Assembly (NCBI GenBank): GCA_016748015.1
Contig: JAAOMT010000009.1
Location: forward strand, 2,154,200-2,218,084
Length of the DNA: 63,885 nucleotides
From: Geosiphon pyriformis uo1
Lineage: Eukaryota; Fungi; Glomeromycota
Direction: 5' to 3'
In this document: positions 11,649 to 25,246 of the stretch, in pieces
Position numbering within the stretch: the stretch's first letter is position 1
Layout of the letters: the number at the start of each line of letters is the position of its first letter
Notes under the pieces: generated by a model
The model's input: only the letters and a program-made list of their open reading frames with translations
Database searches by the model: none
What the model was told of the DNA's origin: nothing
Program-made: the position numbers and the translations under genes

Positions 11649-14600
11649 ACATCAGGAAACAGCACTAGTATACACTTATGAAAAATATTGTACCAGGAGA
11701 ATCATCAACCATCCAGCTGAACAAACAATCAATGAAACTATGGTTTCAGAAAACTAATAATAAACTGTTACCATTGAATTTCTGTCCATTATACAAAGAA
11801 CTTGATTGGAAAATCTTCAGATAAAATACCTTCAGATTATCATTATCACCAATTGCTTTGCACACCAAGTTATGAGTTTGTTATTCACTTAACACCCCAA
11901 AAACTTACCTGTAACACCGCTTATTGGCTTAACCAATATGCTCCTCTTGATTATGTTGATGATGTGGTCTTTTTAGGCATTATATGCAATATTAAGTTTG
12001 ATGAGTTTTTGCAGATAGTCAAGTCTCTGCTTGATGGGAAGGCTGTTGGTCTTTCTGGTATTCCTAATGAGCTTTGAAAACATGGTGACCAGCAGGTTCT
12101 TAGTGGCTTACTAAACATTTTGAATAAGTGTTTAAGATCTGGTACAATTCCTAAGCAATGGAAAAGAGTCTAGATTTCTATGATACCAAAGTCTTATGAT
12201 TGGAAGAAGGCTCTCACTAATATAAGACCAATAACATTAGTAGAAATGGCTAAGAAGATTTTGTTCAAAATTCTGTCTGATAGAATTTTCTTGGCTTGTA
12301 ACAATTATAATGTGCTATGTAGAGATAATTTTTTAGTTTTGAAAGGCATTTCCACTCAAATCCCAATTTTTGCTGTAAGTTCTGTTATTAAAAATGCACT
12401 AGAGAAGAATTGTGAGCTGTAACTTGTTCTTCAAAATATGCATAAAGCCTATAACTCAGTTGAATAGTCTTACTTAAGGAACAGCTTAATCAGAATTAAA
12501 ATGTGTCTTTGTTTTATTGAGTTTTTTGGGAACATACATAATAACCACATTAATCAGGTAATAACAGATTTTGAATTCACTAATAGATACATTGTTTATG
12601 ATGGTCTGGATTAGAGTAAAGTGTTCTCATCTTTGTTATGAAAAATTTTTTATGATCCTTTGCTGTATAAAGTTAAGAAACATAAAAGTTTGTTTGAATA
12701 CCAGCTAGACTCAAAATTTTTTACACAAACTGGCAAGTGGGATCAAAAAGATGGTTTGATATCATATTTGGCTGCAGGGGCATTTGTGGATGATACTATT
12801 TGGATTGAAAATAGCATGGCTGCTACTCAGTGTATTTTGAACATAGCTAGCAAATTTTTCCATCTTAATGACATTTCAATTAACACTGAAAAAATAGTAG
12901 CTATACCTATTAATCACAGAGTTAAGGCTCCTTATTTAACAATTAGTGGTTTAGATATTTCAATTGCTAAGAAGGGCAAGGCTTATAGATACTTAGAAAT
13001 TTTTTTATCTACTGATGATTTTTCAAAGCCCAGCTTCACTAAGACCCAGTCAGATGTGAAATTTTTTGTCAACTTGGTCTTGAGAAAAGCAGTCTCTGAT
13101 AAACAGTTTCTCTATTTGGTGTCTGCTGTTTTACAACTTATCATTAGATATAGATTGTAGTTTAGTCATGCTTCTGTGAATATTTGTGAAAAATGGGATA
13201 GGCTGCTAAGAAAGAATCTAAAGCTCAAGACCAACTTGCCCAGAAATTTTCCCAATGAAGCCATTTCACATTCTGAATTATATGGTCTCAAGACTTTAGG
13301 CAGTTGCAAGCCAAAAACTCTTTGGCTAATTTGGTACTGTTTGCCAATTCAAAAGACATTTTTGGCAGATTATTCGAACACAGGGCGATGAATCTGCAGG
13401 CCATCAGTTGGATGCCTTGGCAACTCTTAGTTTTTCAGTTGTGTTGTTATTAAATTCTGTAAATTCTTTTTTAGCTGGCATAACCAATACTCTGGCATCG
13501 TGCAAGCTCTCCTTGAATAATGTTTTGCCAAATGTTTTCCAGGCTGGTAGTGGCATATCTGTTGCTGACATTTTGGGTTTGGATCAATATATAAGTGTAG
13601 TTGGCTTACTGAAGAAGTTTGGCATTATTTTTACAAACCAGCTTTTGAACCATTATGGCATGTGTTTTACGTGGAGTAATTTTTGCAGGTGAAAAAGGCT
13701 GGATCTGAGAAGTTCAGTTCCTGGTTGGTTTAATGTGTTAACAATATTCATTGAGAATGGTGGTTTAGTTGGTGGTCATGTCTTAGCTTCTGATTCAGCT
13801 TCTGGTGGTTGCCGAGTTAGTCTAAGTTCTATCAGTGAGCATCTTTTTGAGAACATTTCAGATGGTATAGTGGTTTATACTGATGGCTTAATTAAAGATT
13901 TGGGTTTTATAGATGCTTATGATGATGCTGCTGCTTATTTTCTCAATATTAATAATGATATGAGAGTTGGGGTAAATGGCTTGCTTTTGTCAACTCTGAC
14001 TGAACTATACACTATTATCCTTGCTTTGGAGTGTGTTTTTGTTTCCAGTTCAATTACTCTTTTTACAAACAGTCAGGTGTTCTTGGATGCTTGTATTTCT
14101 TATAAAAATTTTACTGATCCCAATTTTCGTGATAAATGTTGGATTGAAAGAGAGTGAATCTGGCAGACTATTGTGTCAAAAAACTTGTTAATAGCTTGGA
14201 ACAAAGTCAAGGGCCACTCTGGAGTTTATGGCAATGAGTGTGCTAATTTATTGGCCAATGCTGTCACCAGTTCTGACATTGTGCTACCTGTTGAAACATC
14301 CTACCATTTTTTGTTTATTGAAAAAAAGCCTGTCTCTAAAAATGCCTGCTATTTTGTTAGGTGTCTTTTTGATGCCATGAGCTTTGTCAGTTGGAAAGCC
14401 AAATGTGTGGCCTATGTTGTGAAAGGTACACTATACAATAAGATTGATATGCAATGTACATTTAGTGCATGGCATTCTGATGATCAGTTTCAATCAGGCT
14501 TCACCAGCTACTTTTCTGCATGTTTTTGATTCTACTTCATGAAAGCTGTACACAACCATCTTTTTGTAGCCAAAAGGAAGAGGCTTTATAATCCAGGTTA

Positions 14601-15311
14601 TTTAAGCATACTATATATTTGGTGTGGGTTGGTTGAGAATTCCAATCACATATTCTCTTGCATTCATAATGCTGGTGCTAAAAGTGAGTTGATTTCAAAG
14701 ACTATTGATTGTTGGATTAGTTTGCTTGGCGTTTTTGTTGTTGACAGTGTGATAATTTGATCTTTATAAGAGACTAAGTTGTCAGATCATTTATATATGT
14801 CCTTAGCCAAAGGCTTTATTTTGAAGAATTGGGTGGATGATACAGTTTGTCTGCTGAATGGTGGCTTTGATAATAAGTCTCTAGTAATTGGTTTAGTTCA
14901 AAGCTTCACTAAGGGTCATAGATCTACTATGTGGTTGCCAACCACCAAATTGAGAGTGCTTTATAAGAAGCATGATTTTTTGCCACACAATGGGTTTATA
15001 ATACCAGTGGTATTTGGTTCAGCTTCCTTGTGGTTTCCCAATGTAATTTTAAACTTTGGTATCAGATTAGGTATTCATATATGTTATGGTTTACATTCTT
15101 GTCTGTTCAACGTACACTTTAGTTTTTTGGGTGACTTCTCAATAATTGGTAGTTTAGGTGTCTAGTGTTGCCTTGATTGGCCTAAGTGGCTAATCACATG
15201 TAGAAAGTGCATATGTCACACTTAATATAAGATTTTGTATATTGCTATAGTTTAGGTAGTGATTGGGCTACACTTGTTAAATGTTTAATAAAAAAAAAAA
15301 GACTGTAAAAA

Positions 15312-15497
15312 GCTTCTTTGGACACTTTTTTTTGATATACTGCTATCTAAAACAGCCACTAGATTTACCACAAATAGATTATTTATTTGAAAAATATTAT
15401 AAAAAACTAATAAAAAACTAATAAGAAAAAACAAAAACTTCTTTTTTAAAAAAATGCTCTTTAGAGAATTAGAGATATAAGAGAGAAAAAAAATTTT
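15312..15497 (-). mobile_element. 5' end (5'UTR and ORF1 start) of LINE-A, displaced by the LINE-B insertion
   Basis: The minus strand reads as an eroded equivalent of the MSKKKAPKSAFHG start and joins 6570 seamlessly across the TSD AAGACTGTAAAAA. Confidence 0.8.
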
Positions 15498-17539
15498 TTA
15501 CTTATATTGTTTCTATTTTTAAAAATTTGGTTTATGTTTTTTATAATATATAATTAATTACTTAAATTTAAATTAATAATTAATTATTTATTTTTTATTG
15601 TTTTAATTTTATTAAAATTAATCTTATTTTTATTATAATATATATATTATATATTTTTTTATAATTAATAACAAATAATTTATAATTTTTAAAGCCATAT
15701 TTATACATAATTTAAATTTTATATTTGTTTAAACTAGTTAAAATTTTTAAGTATAGTGATAATTAAATTAATAATACACTTAATTTAAAATTTTAAAAAA
15801 GCAAAATAATTTTTAATATTTATAACAAAATTTATTTAAACAGCCAAAAAAAACTAAATTTACCAAAAAATTGATTTTTGTAATTATAAATTTAATAACA
15901 ATAAATAAATTTTATAATTTAAATTTTAGAAAAATCAATCTAAATTATAAGCTGTATTAGCAAAAAAACCAAAATAAAATATTAATACAAAGGTAACAGC
16001 TTTGGCATAAAACATAAATTTAAAAACTTAAAATTTTACTTAAAAAAACAACAATAATAGTTTTGTAAACAAATTTTAAATTGTTTTATTAAGAGTTTTT
16101 TGAATTTAAAAATAATAATAAATTGTTAATGATAATTAATATTAAAAAATTAAAAAATAAAACAGATTTAATTATTTATTAAAAAACCAAATTAATAATT
16201 TTAGAATCTGTATAATCAAAAAAAATTGTTTTAAAAGCATAATAAAAAGCATTAATTTTTTTTAATTGATAATAATAAAAATTTTAATATTATTTTTTAT
16301 TATTAAAATTAATTAACAAATAAAAACAGTATTAATAACTTTAAAATACTTAAAATTCATTATAATATATTGTTATAAATCAGTAAATTTTTTTAAAAAA
16401 ATATTTAAGAAAATATTACACAAAATTATAACAACAAAAACAAAAGTAAAAATAAATATTACCAAAAATTTTATAATCTTAAAAGTAGTAAAAAATAATA
16501 ATTTATATAATAGTATTTAAAAAAGTTGAAAATATAAACTTTATATAAAAAAAACTTAATTTTGTTCTTAATAATTGATTTTTATAAAAATTATACAAAA
16601 ATTAAAAAACAGTCTTAATATAAACCAATTTAATTTTTGCAGTTTTATTAAATATTAAAAAAATAAAGCCAAATATTAATCTAATACAAATTTAATAAAT
16701 ATATTTCTATTAATAGTTATAATAAAAATAAGTATTATAATTAATAGAATTATAAGATTAATAAATAAACAAAAAAAAACAAAAAAAATTTAATTTTAAT
16801 ATAATTAAAATATTATTAAAAATACTAAAAAAAACAAAGTTTTCTAATATTACAAAAAAATTAATAATTAACTTAGAAAAAAAGAAAAAAATTGTTTTTT
16901 AATTATTTTGGTTTTTCAATAATTAAAAAAAAAACAGCAAAAAAAATAGCAATTTAATTACTAATTTATAATTAAAAATTTTGCTATTTTTTAAAATAGT
17001 AATAACTATATTAAATTATTTTTAATATATTATTTTAACTTTTATTTAAAGTTTAAAAAAATGTTTTAAAATTAATTAAAAGCTGATTTATTATAATATT
17101 ATTTAAGAAAAATGTTTTTATAAACTGTTATTAAATAGTTTTTATATTTATAAGTGTATTTTTGGTAAAAATATTATTAATAATATTAAGTATTATAGTA
17201 TTTATGGCTTTTTATTCTTTGTTTTAAATATAATTATAAAAATAAGAAAAAAAACAATAAATAATTTTTATTTTAATATTACAAAAATCAAGTTAATTTA
17301 TATTAAAATTGTATTTAAGTTTTTTACATAATTTTGTTAACATAAAATTGATTATTAAAAATAATATTAAGTTTTTTTAAATATTATTATTAAATTGTAT
17401 CTGTCAAATTTTTTTATTATTTTTAAAATTGCAAAATTTTTTGTAATTTCTGAATTTGTTTTTGTTTTTGCTTTTATTGTTTTTTATAATATATTTAAAA
17501 CTAAATTAAGTAATTTTTTTTGGCTGTATTGTTTTTGAA
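15498..17539. other. Extremely AT-rich, unidentifiable eroded sequence (continues at 24314-25800)
   Basis: Almost no C/G and no long ORFs. The two blocks are joined by the LINE-C TSD, so they were once contiguous. Confidence 0.6.
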
Positions 17540-17554
17540 ATTAGTAATATAATT

Positions 17555-20500
17555 TTTTTTTTATTATGTTTAATAAGTGAAGTCCAAACATGGCCTAGAG
17601 CTATAAACTATACAAATGATCCAAACTAAGTGTGAATCATGTATTTTCTACATGTGATTAGTTACTTAGGCCAATCAGAATAACACTAAACACTTATATA
17701 AACAGAAACCTTGTCTCCAATACCTGAAAGAAATAAACAGAGCTTACAAAATCCAAAACTAACACCAAATGCATCAACAATACCCAATAACCTAATTACA
17801 TCAGCTGAAAAAACCAAAGAGTGATCAGCAATCAGGATAGAAATGAAACCATTATGTGAGATCAATCCATTTTTTTCCATGAAGACCCAGTGTTTGGCAT
17901 GAACCAGCCACATATCATTATAAAATACAAAACAAAATACACACACAAAATTCACAATGTTCTGATCTGCAACCTTAGAATTCCTGAATACAGAAACAAA
18001 CTCACAATACTACTTATTGAAAACAAAGCCCTTTGCACAGAGCTGTTTTAACCACCAAATTGGAGCTACAAGTAGACAAAAACTGAGAAACATGTGAAGA
18101 AGAACAAGACAAACCAGAATGCATTTCTCAAGTTGAAGCATAAATGACTATTAACCAAGCACAACTAGTAGCCTCTGATCTGAGACTTCAATGTTACTAC
18201 AGAATAAACACACTACACTAGAATATTGCTTATCATACTGCTGCTTATGCACAGCAACTGAAAGCTGGTGATGCAAGGCTTTTATAAAATAAGTGTGAAA
18301 GTTAGCAGTCTATGCACTAGTAAAGCCAACAGCCAAATAAGCATCTGAATGTCACACCAAAGATGACCTTGTCCAATCAATATTGCCATGAAGACTCTCT
18401 GTCACAACCCAAAAACCAGAGCCAACCTCCCAGTGTGCATAGTGAACAGACTGGAAAACATAATGAACAAAATGTTTAGAATTACTAAAAACAATAACAC
18501 CATTGGTTTTCATAAAATGGTTGCTAATCTTATAGGGTAAACGCCAATCAGAGAAAGCAGCAGTCCCTGTAAAAACATCAGCATGCTTATTACCCAAAAC
18601 TCCAGAGTGACCTTTAATCTTAATCCAATGAACATCCAAATTCTTGCAACATATAGTATTTATCATGTGGCGATATTTCACTCAACACTGATTTCTGAAA
18701 TCTGGACTAATCAATAAAGACTCAGACTTGTACACATCCAAAGCCACCTGGCTGTCTGAGAATAGATCAATTGAACGAGAGGAGAAAATGCACTCAAGAG
18801 CCAAAGCAATTGCCTACAACTCTGCCATTGTAGAAGAAACCAAGCCAGACACCCTCATACCTATATCCAAATCCACATCTTCAAAATAAACAGCTGTATC
18901 AGCTTTCATACCAGAAATATTCAAGCCACTTAGAGATCCATCTGTGTACACAGAAAAATGAGCAGTGCTAGCTTGCAACAAATTCTCACCAATGACACTA
19001 AATACATGAGATTGTCGAATATCAAAAGAAGTTAAACCATCCAAAAGCAGAGAGTCATCAAAAGAAAACACCAAACCATCAAGAAAGCAAGCAAAAATCT
19101 CAAACCAGACAGAAATTGGACCACGTGGGTCCATCCATTTCTATTTTTTAAAAGTTTTCCAACAAAAAACAGCCCCATTCCAATTGTGTAGTTGCTCTAT
19201 GAAAGTGATCTCATATCACCTGAGTAAAGAGACACACTTGAAGAAATAATGCTCACCAAGGACAAAATATATAGGAGTACCACTATGAAGATGAAAAGCA
19301 CCAGCCAGAGAACCACCCAGAAACAAATTGCATCCAGAAAAAATATGGACCACACTTGCAAAAAAATTATTTGAGGAACAGACTTTAATACAAGCTGAAA
19401 ATTGTAAAAAATGATAGGGACACCAACTAAGAACCTGGAGATCATAGAACTTGTGAGAGAACAACTGATCCAAAATCCCAATAGAATTTGCAAAAGATAC
19501 AACAGAGGCAGATTTACTTTCAGCCTAAACTTGTTCAAAAGTCTTCAGATCATATAAAAAGAGATGATGAAGAGTATTACTGGGAAAATTGAGTGGTAAA
19601 CCAGATTTAGACTTCAAGCTCTTGTGAATCAAAGTGTTCTATTTATTGCACACACTAACAGGGATGAAATTGAACTGAGTACAGTAACTGACAATTAGAA
19701 AGAGAATTGCAGACACCAAATATGCAAACTGTTTATCCAAGATCACTTTTTTTAACACCAAGTTGACAAAAAACCAAACATCCAATTTTGTCTTAGCCAA
19801 GTTAGGCTTCGACAAGTCCTCAGAAGATAAAAAAATACCAAGATAGCAATAAGATTCTCCCTTTTTTGCAACAGAAATAGGCAAGCCACTAATAGTTAGA
19901 TAGAGATTTGAAACTCTACAGTTGATGGAAATAACCACAGTCTTGTCATTATTAATGGAAATGTCATTAATTCTGTAAAATTCACTTGCAATATTGAGAA
20001 TGTGCTGTATAGCAGCCTGGCTACTGCCAACTCATATTGTATCATTGACAAAAGCCCCAGCAGTAAAAAACAACGTCAACCCAGTCTGGAATTCCATTCA
20101 GCCAGTTTTTGAAATGAAATAAAAGTCCAACTTGTAATCATATACACTCTTCTGTCTCTTAACTTTACACAAAAGTGAATCATAGAATATATGTCAAAGA
20201 AGGGGCAAGAAAACTTCTTCTTGATCCAATCCATTATAAATGCAATATTCATTAGTTAAGTTAAAGTCAGTCATAACTTTGTTTGTATAACCATTGTGAA
20301 TGCTACCAAAAAATCTAATAAATCTGTTACACATCTTGATTCTAACTAAACTTCCTCTGAGATGTTCCCAACCAATTGAATCATAAGCTTTGCACATGTT
20401 CTGCAAAACTATCCAAAGTTCTCTATTTTTTTTCAAAGCATCCTTAATCACAAAATTAATAGCGAAAATAGGAGATTGTGTCATTGTGTCTTTCAACACA

Positions 20501-23500
20501 AAGAAGTTGTCTCTATAGAGAACATCAAAAGTACTATAAGCTAAAGAAATTCTATCCAAAAGCATCTTAGAAAGGATTTTGTGGGCTGTCTCAATCAGAG
20601 CAATAGAATGGGTATTCGTAAGAATACTTTTCTATTCATATGGTTTAAGAATCATTAAAACCCAAGTGTTCATCCAAGATCCAGACAAAGACTCACCAAT
20701 CAGGCAAAAGTTTAAGAACAACAAAAGCATATCTAAAACCAACTTGTCACAATGCTTTCACAATTTGTTAGAAATGCTGGAAATGCCAGCAGCTTTCTCA
20801 TCTGGCAGATTCCTGACCACAGCAAACATTTCATCAAAACCAATTAGGCACATTACACTAGGAAAAACACCATCAAAAACATGATCCAAAGACAGATATT
20901 GACGAGTCCAGTTATTGGAGATGTTAGGTACTACTTTATGTTTTCTGGTTCATCTTTCTATAATATCATCCATATTAGACTTAACCAAATTAAGCTTTAG
21001 AACCAACTCATCTTCCACAACCAAATAATCTAAGGCCATCTTGTGAAAAAGATGCTCCAACACACTTCTGATTGTACGACTTTTGTCTAGCTCAAAACTT
21101 TCCATCTTTTTATTAATGGTCTGTTTGATAAAAGATTCTTCAGCATGCTTAGACTCCAGCAGTTTGAAAGAGCAGTATAACTTTCTTGCTTTGGCCAGTG
21201 CAGAACAAATAGTATTAAAATTAGAACCTAAAAAAAAAGAGCTTTTACTATTAAAGCACTAATAGAGTCAAGTATGTCCCATTTTCCTAACAACAAAGCA
21301 AAATCATTACTGGAAACCAAATGCAAAGTCTTAACCAGCTTGGAAACCAGCAGCTCCAGTTTATAAAACTTAGAAGTTGCCTTGGTAAAAACATTGCCAA
21401 AATCTTTGAATCATTTCTTTTTAAATGTTTCATTGGCCAAGAGAATCATGACTTTGCAAATAATATCTCATATTGCATCCAGATCTGAAAGCCTCACAGC
21501 AGCATTAAATTTGTTTGTAAACATAAAAGCATTAACAGACATAGCACCCTTAAACTCAAGCCACTTTGTCTCATTAGTATTTTTGATGTTAAACTTCCAA
21601 TGATCCTTATTCACTTGCTTGTAAATGGAATTCAGATGCATATTCAAAAGTCTGCCCAAGCCCACACGCACAGAAACTGCTTTGTGATCAGAGTCAAAAT
21701 AGTCACCAACATTGGCTACACCATGATTAATTACTGCATTAACCAAGTTGTGAGAAACAAATATGTAATTAATAGTTTTAGTAACACCTCAAAAATTAGT
21801 TCACATCAGCATTTTAGCAAACAAGCTTCCACCCAAAAAATTGACCAGACCAAGATCTGAGCATTTTTTGAAACTGGCACTCTTACATGAATCATCTTTG
21901 TTGAAATTACCACTTAGCACAATGAAAAAAATTTGTTTACAGCTCTGGCAATCAATGAGTTGATGTTGCCAGCCTGAAAAAACCAAACATCTGAAGAAGT
22001 GCCAGCATACAGTCCCAAAATCAAAACAGAAAATTTGTTTTTAAAAAGTAATCTGATAGAGAGAAGCCATCCAGGCACCTCAGAAACCTTATAAATGTGT
22101 TTTGTCAAAGAGTTGTCTATAACAATTGCCACATCAGAACCCAAATAACCAGAATCCAGACCAAAAGTAAAAACACAAATGCCATCAAACTTATTAGCAA
22201 TCCAAGAACAAACTCTGTCTTTTAACTTTGTTTCAGTAAAAATTGAAATCAAATTGTTCATATCTTTGTGTTAACAAATAATGTTATTCTGCTTGGCAGG
22301 ATTGTTTATTCTTCTAATGTTGCAGGTGGCAATCTTCTAAACTAGACTGGTTATTGAGAAGAGAGTTTGGGAAGTGCATTACCAGCCAAATTTGAACCAT
22401 CAATCATGCTGTCAGACTCAGAACCAAAACAGAAAGTCTTTTTAGCATGCTTTTTAGCCTTTTTACCTTAGAGGACATGGAAAAGTCCAAGTTCACAGCA
22501 GTTTTATCACCTGTGGTTCCACCCAAACTCTTTCCCATCACTACATTACCCACCTGATCCTGTGATGAGGGGGTCACCAACAGCTAACATCCAGGGCTAG
22601 ACTGGAAAACTGCTGGCACAAGTAAGTCCAACTTCTTAGCCAACTCACTAATTTGTCCTATGAGACTGGTAAGACTGCTTTCCAAAATAGCAAACCTTTT
22701 TTCAACATCAGATGTAACAAAAAGAGTAGGCTTTGTCTCCAAAAAAGAGCCAGAATTGACCAAATTATTATGTGCAAAGAGAGGAGGAAATGAAAATTCA
22801 CCAGCAATCTGAGCCTAAGAAACTCTACTAAAAGCAACAGAACAAGCAACAGGAGCCAAACATTTGGCATAAATGGCAGCCAGTCTGCTTTTATTCTTGT
22901 TCAAAAGCATTTTACAAAAAGATCTTCCAGAAGGGAGATCCCTACTCACTGAACAGCTTAATAACATATGACCCAATTTCCCATATTTTGCACACTTAGA
23001 AGAACTCAGATAAAACCAGCATAGATTCACATCTCTCAAAACTGGAGTAGTGTCCATAACAACATCTAATGACTCAGTCAACTCAAAACAGACTACAGCA
23101 TATCTGGCCCAAGCATATGTAACAGGATGATAATTGATAGCACATGTTTTCTCACTTACAGAGCCAATAAAATCCTAGATGTTATAGGCATTTATTCCCA
23201 ATGGTAGTGTATAAAGCAGTGCTCTATGCTGATCTCTTACATCCCACAATTCCTTATCCACATCTGTCCTAGCAACATACACCATATTTTTTCCAATTAG
23301 GATAGATCATTTTGTTGTGACCAAATCAGCATGATCAATCTGTTCAAATTTTACTATTGCTTTCTGCCACAGCCCTACCAATTGCATCTTGATCGACTTA
23401 ATTATTTCAAACTTAGATAGCACAGTGCGCACAGCCTCAGCTGAAGTTCCAACTGGAATTTTTTTTATCACCACAGCCCAATCTAAGCAGCCAGTTGATT

Positions 23501-24298
23501 TTTTGAGATCGGTATTTACTAGGATCTTCATATCTTCAGTCTTTTTGGAAGTCTGCGCCAAGCTAGATTTAAAAATAAACAATGCTCTAATAATACCAGC
23601 AAATTTTGAGGGAGTAGAGACCTCCCTAAAATCATTGATTCTTGAAAATAACTTTTTGACCACCTGAAGCTTCTTTTGAGAAAATTTTCCAACCACCTTG
23701 TCTAAACCAATATCCAAAGCAAATGATTTTCTAACTGGAATGTTCACTTGAGTCTTTAAAAAAGGGAGGAATGTTAACAGGATGTCCAAAAGTATGTCAT
23801 TATCATCATTATCCAAGAAGTTAATTTTTTCCAGTGGTTTTCCCAGTGCTCTCTTGGTTAGAATTTTTGAACCTTTAGGTGTTTGTTCTGAATCCTTACT
23901 AGCAAGAGCTCTATCTTCTTCATAATTAAAGCTGGTTTCTTCAACTAAGCATTCTTTTTCTATGTCCATACTATTCAATTCAGTAGTATTATCAGTCTCA
24001 AAACCCCAAGAATGACTACTTGACTTCTTAGCAATAGTAATTTTTCTATTACTAATATCATTTTTCAAAACACTATCTCTTTTCTTTTTCCTAAACTTAA
24101 CAGACTTGACACCAATATTAAAACTAGGCTCTATAATAGACTTGTTCAAAACAGCAATACTAGAGCCAACAGTAGTCTCGTAATTAAGCAAAAACAGTTT
24201 GGATTTATTGTGCTAAATGATAAAAAAACTTCTTTCAGAAAAATATTTGGTTTTTTTTTGGGAATTTAGGATGAATGAAAGAAAGAAGATTTTATTTT
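17555..24298 (-). mobile_element. LINE-C, full-length, second ORF1 subfamily, degenerate
   Basis: 15-bp TSD ATTAGTAATATAATT at 17540-17554 and 24299-24313; poly(T) at the left end. ORF1 ~22351-24191 (CAKYGKLGHMLLSC knuckle); ORF2 ~17686-22354 with APE, RT and RNase H (VYTDGS, KGHSGVLGNKHAD). Confidence 0.95.
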
Positions 24299-25145
24299 AT
24301 TAGTAATATAATTGTTTTATTTTTTAATAATTTAATTTTAAATTTAAATATTGTTGTTAAATATTTTAATAATATTATAAATACTAAAGTTTAATTATAT
24401 AATTATTAATTATAAAGTTATTTTTATGAATTTACTTAATTAAGTTTAAAATTTTTATTAATTTTTTGATAATTTATTGTTTTATATTAAAATTACAGTT
24501 TTTTTGGTTGTTTTTAATTTTAAAATATTTAATACAATTTATAAAATTATAATAAGTTAGTTAAATCTATATTATATATTTATATATATTATAATATTTT
24601 TATTTAAACCAAAAAATATATGTATTTACTATATAAATTAAGACTTATTATAAAAATTTTAACAATATTAAATATATATATTATATTATTAAAAACTTAT
24701 TTAATAAATCATACAAACTGTAAAATAACAACTTTAATATTTTCAAAAACTAAAGCAGTTTTTGCAAACAAAATTTTAAAAACAAATTCTTTACAAAAAA
24801 TAGTATATAAATTATTATTAAAAATATAGAAAAAAGTTGTAAAATCAAAAATAATAAAAATTGAATATTTATTAATAAACTTTAGTAATAATTTAATACA
24901 ACTCTTAATGTGTAATTTATATGTAAAAACATGATTTAAAAAATCTATTTTTTTATAATATAGACATAAAATTTTTAAGTATTGTTTATTATAAAGATTT
25001 ATAAATTGTTTTTATCAAATAAATTTACAGACTGGCTAAAAATTTGTTGATAAAATTTTTGGTTAAAAAAATTAAATCTGTAATAAATTAATAATTTTTT
25101 TTGAAATGCTAATATAAATTTTGTTATAAATTTGAATTCCAATTT

Positions 25146-25246
25146 TTATTATTATTATTATGTTTTAACGAGTGAAGCCCAACCGCTATCTAGTACATAG
25201 AACCAGACTAAGTGGCTCAAACTAAACGCGACTCACGCACTTACTA
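25146..25246 (-). mobile_element. 101-bp 5'-truncated LINE stub (3'UTR end plus (TAA)n tail)
   Basis: Exact 13-bp TSD TGAATTCCAATTT at 25133-25145 and 25247-25259; aligns to the last ~80 nt of LINE-C/D/E. Confidence 0.88.

Larger units (their letters stand above)
10022..11916 (+). mobile_element. solo LTR A (~925 bp net), inserted into LINE-B ORF2 and itself interrupted by solo LTR B
   Basis: TGTTAC...GTAACA termini. Flanks TTGC (10018-10021) and CCGC (11917-11920) fit a 4-bp TSD with two C>T changes. LINE frame resumes (AYWLNQYAPLDYV). Confidence 0.85.
8603..15165 (+). pseudogene. LINE-B ORF2 (APE endonuclease, reverse transcriptase, RNase H, C-terminal zinc finger), split by solo LTRs
   Basis: WKISMCNV (APE start), IIDFIF/DTNHKAV, IRPITL, GAFVDDTIW (RT), VYTDG and KVKGHSGVYGNECAN (RNase H), CGLVENSNHIFSC. 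Confidence 0.9.
6584..15298 (+). mobile_element. LINE-B, full-length non-LTR retrotransposon (ORF1 + APE-RT-RNaseH-ZnF ORF2), degenerate
   Basis: 13-bp TSD AAGACTGTAAAAA at 6571-6583 and 15299-15311; poly(A) tail; conserved 3'UTR. Confidence 0.95.
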
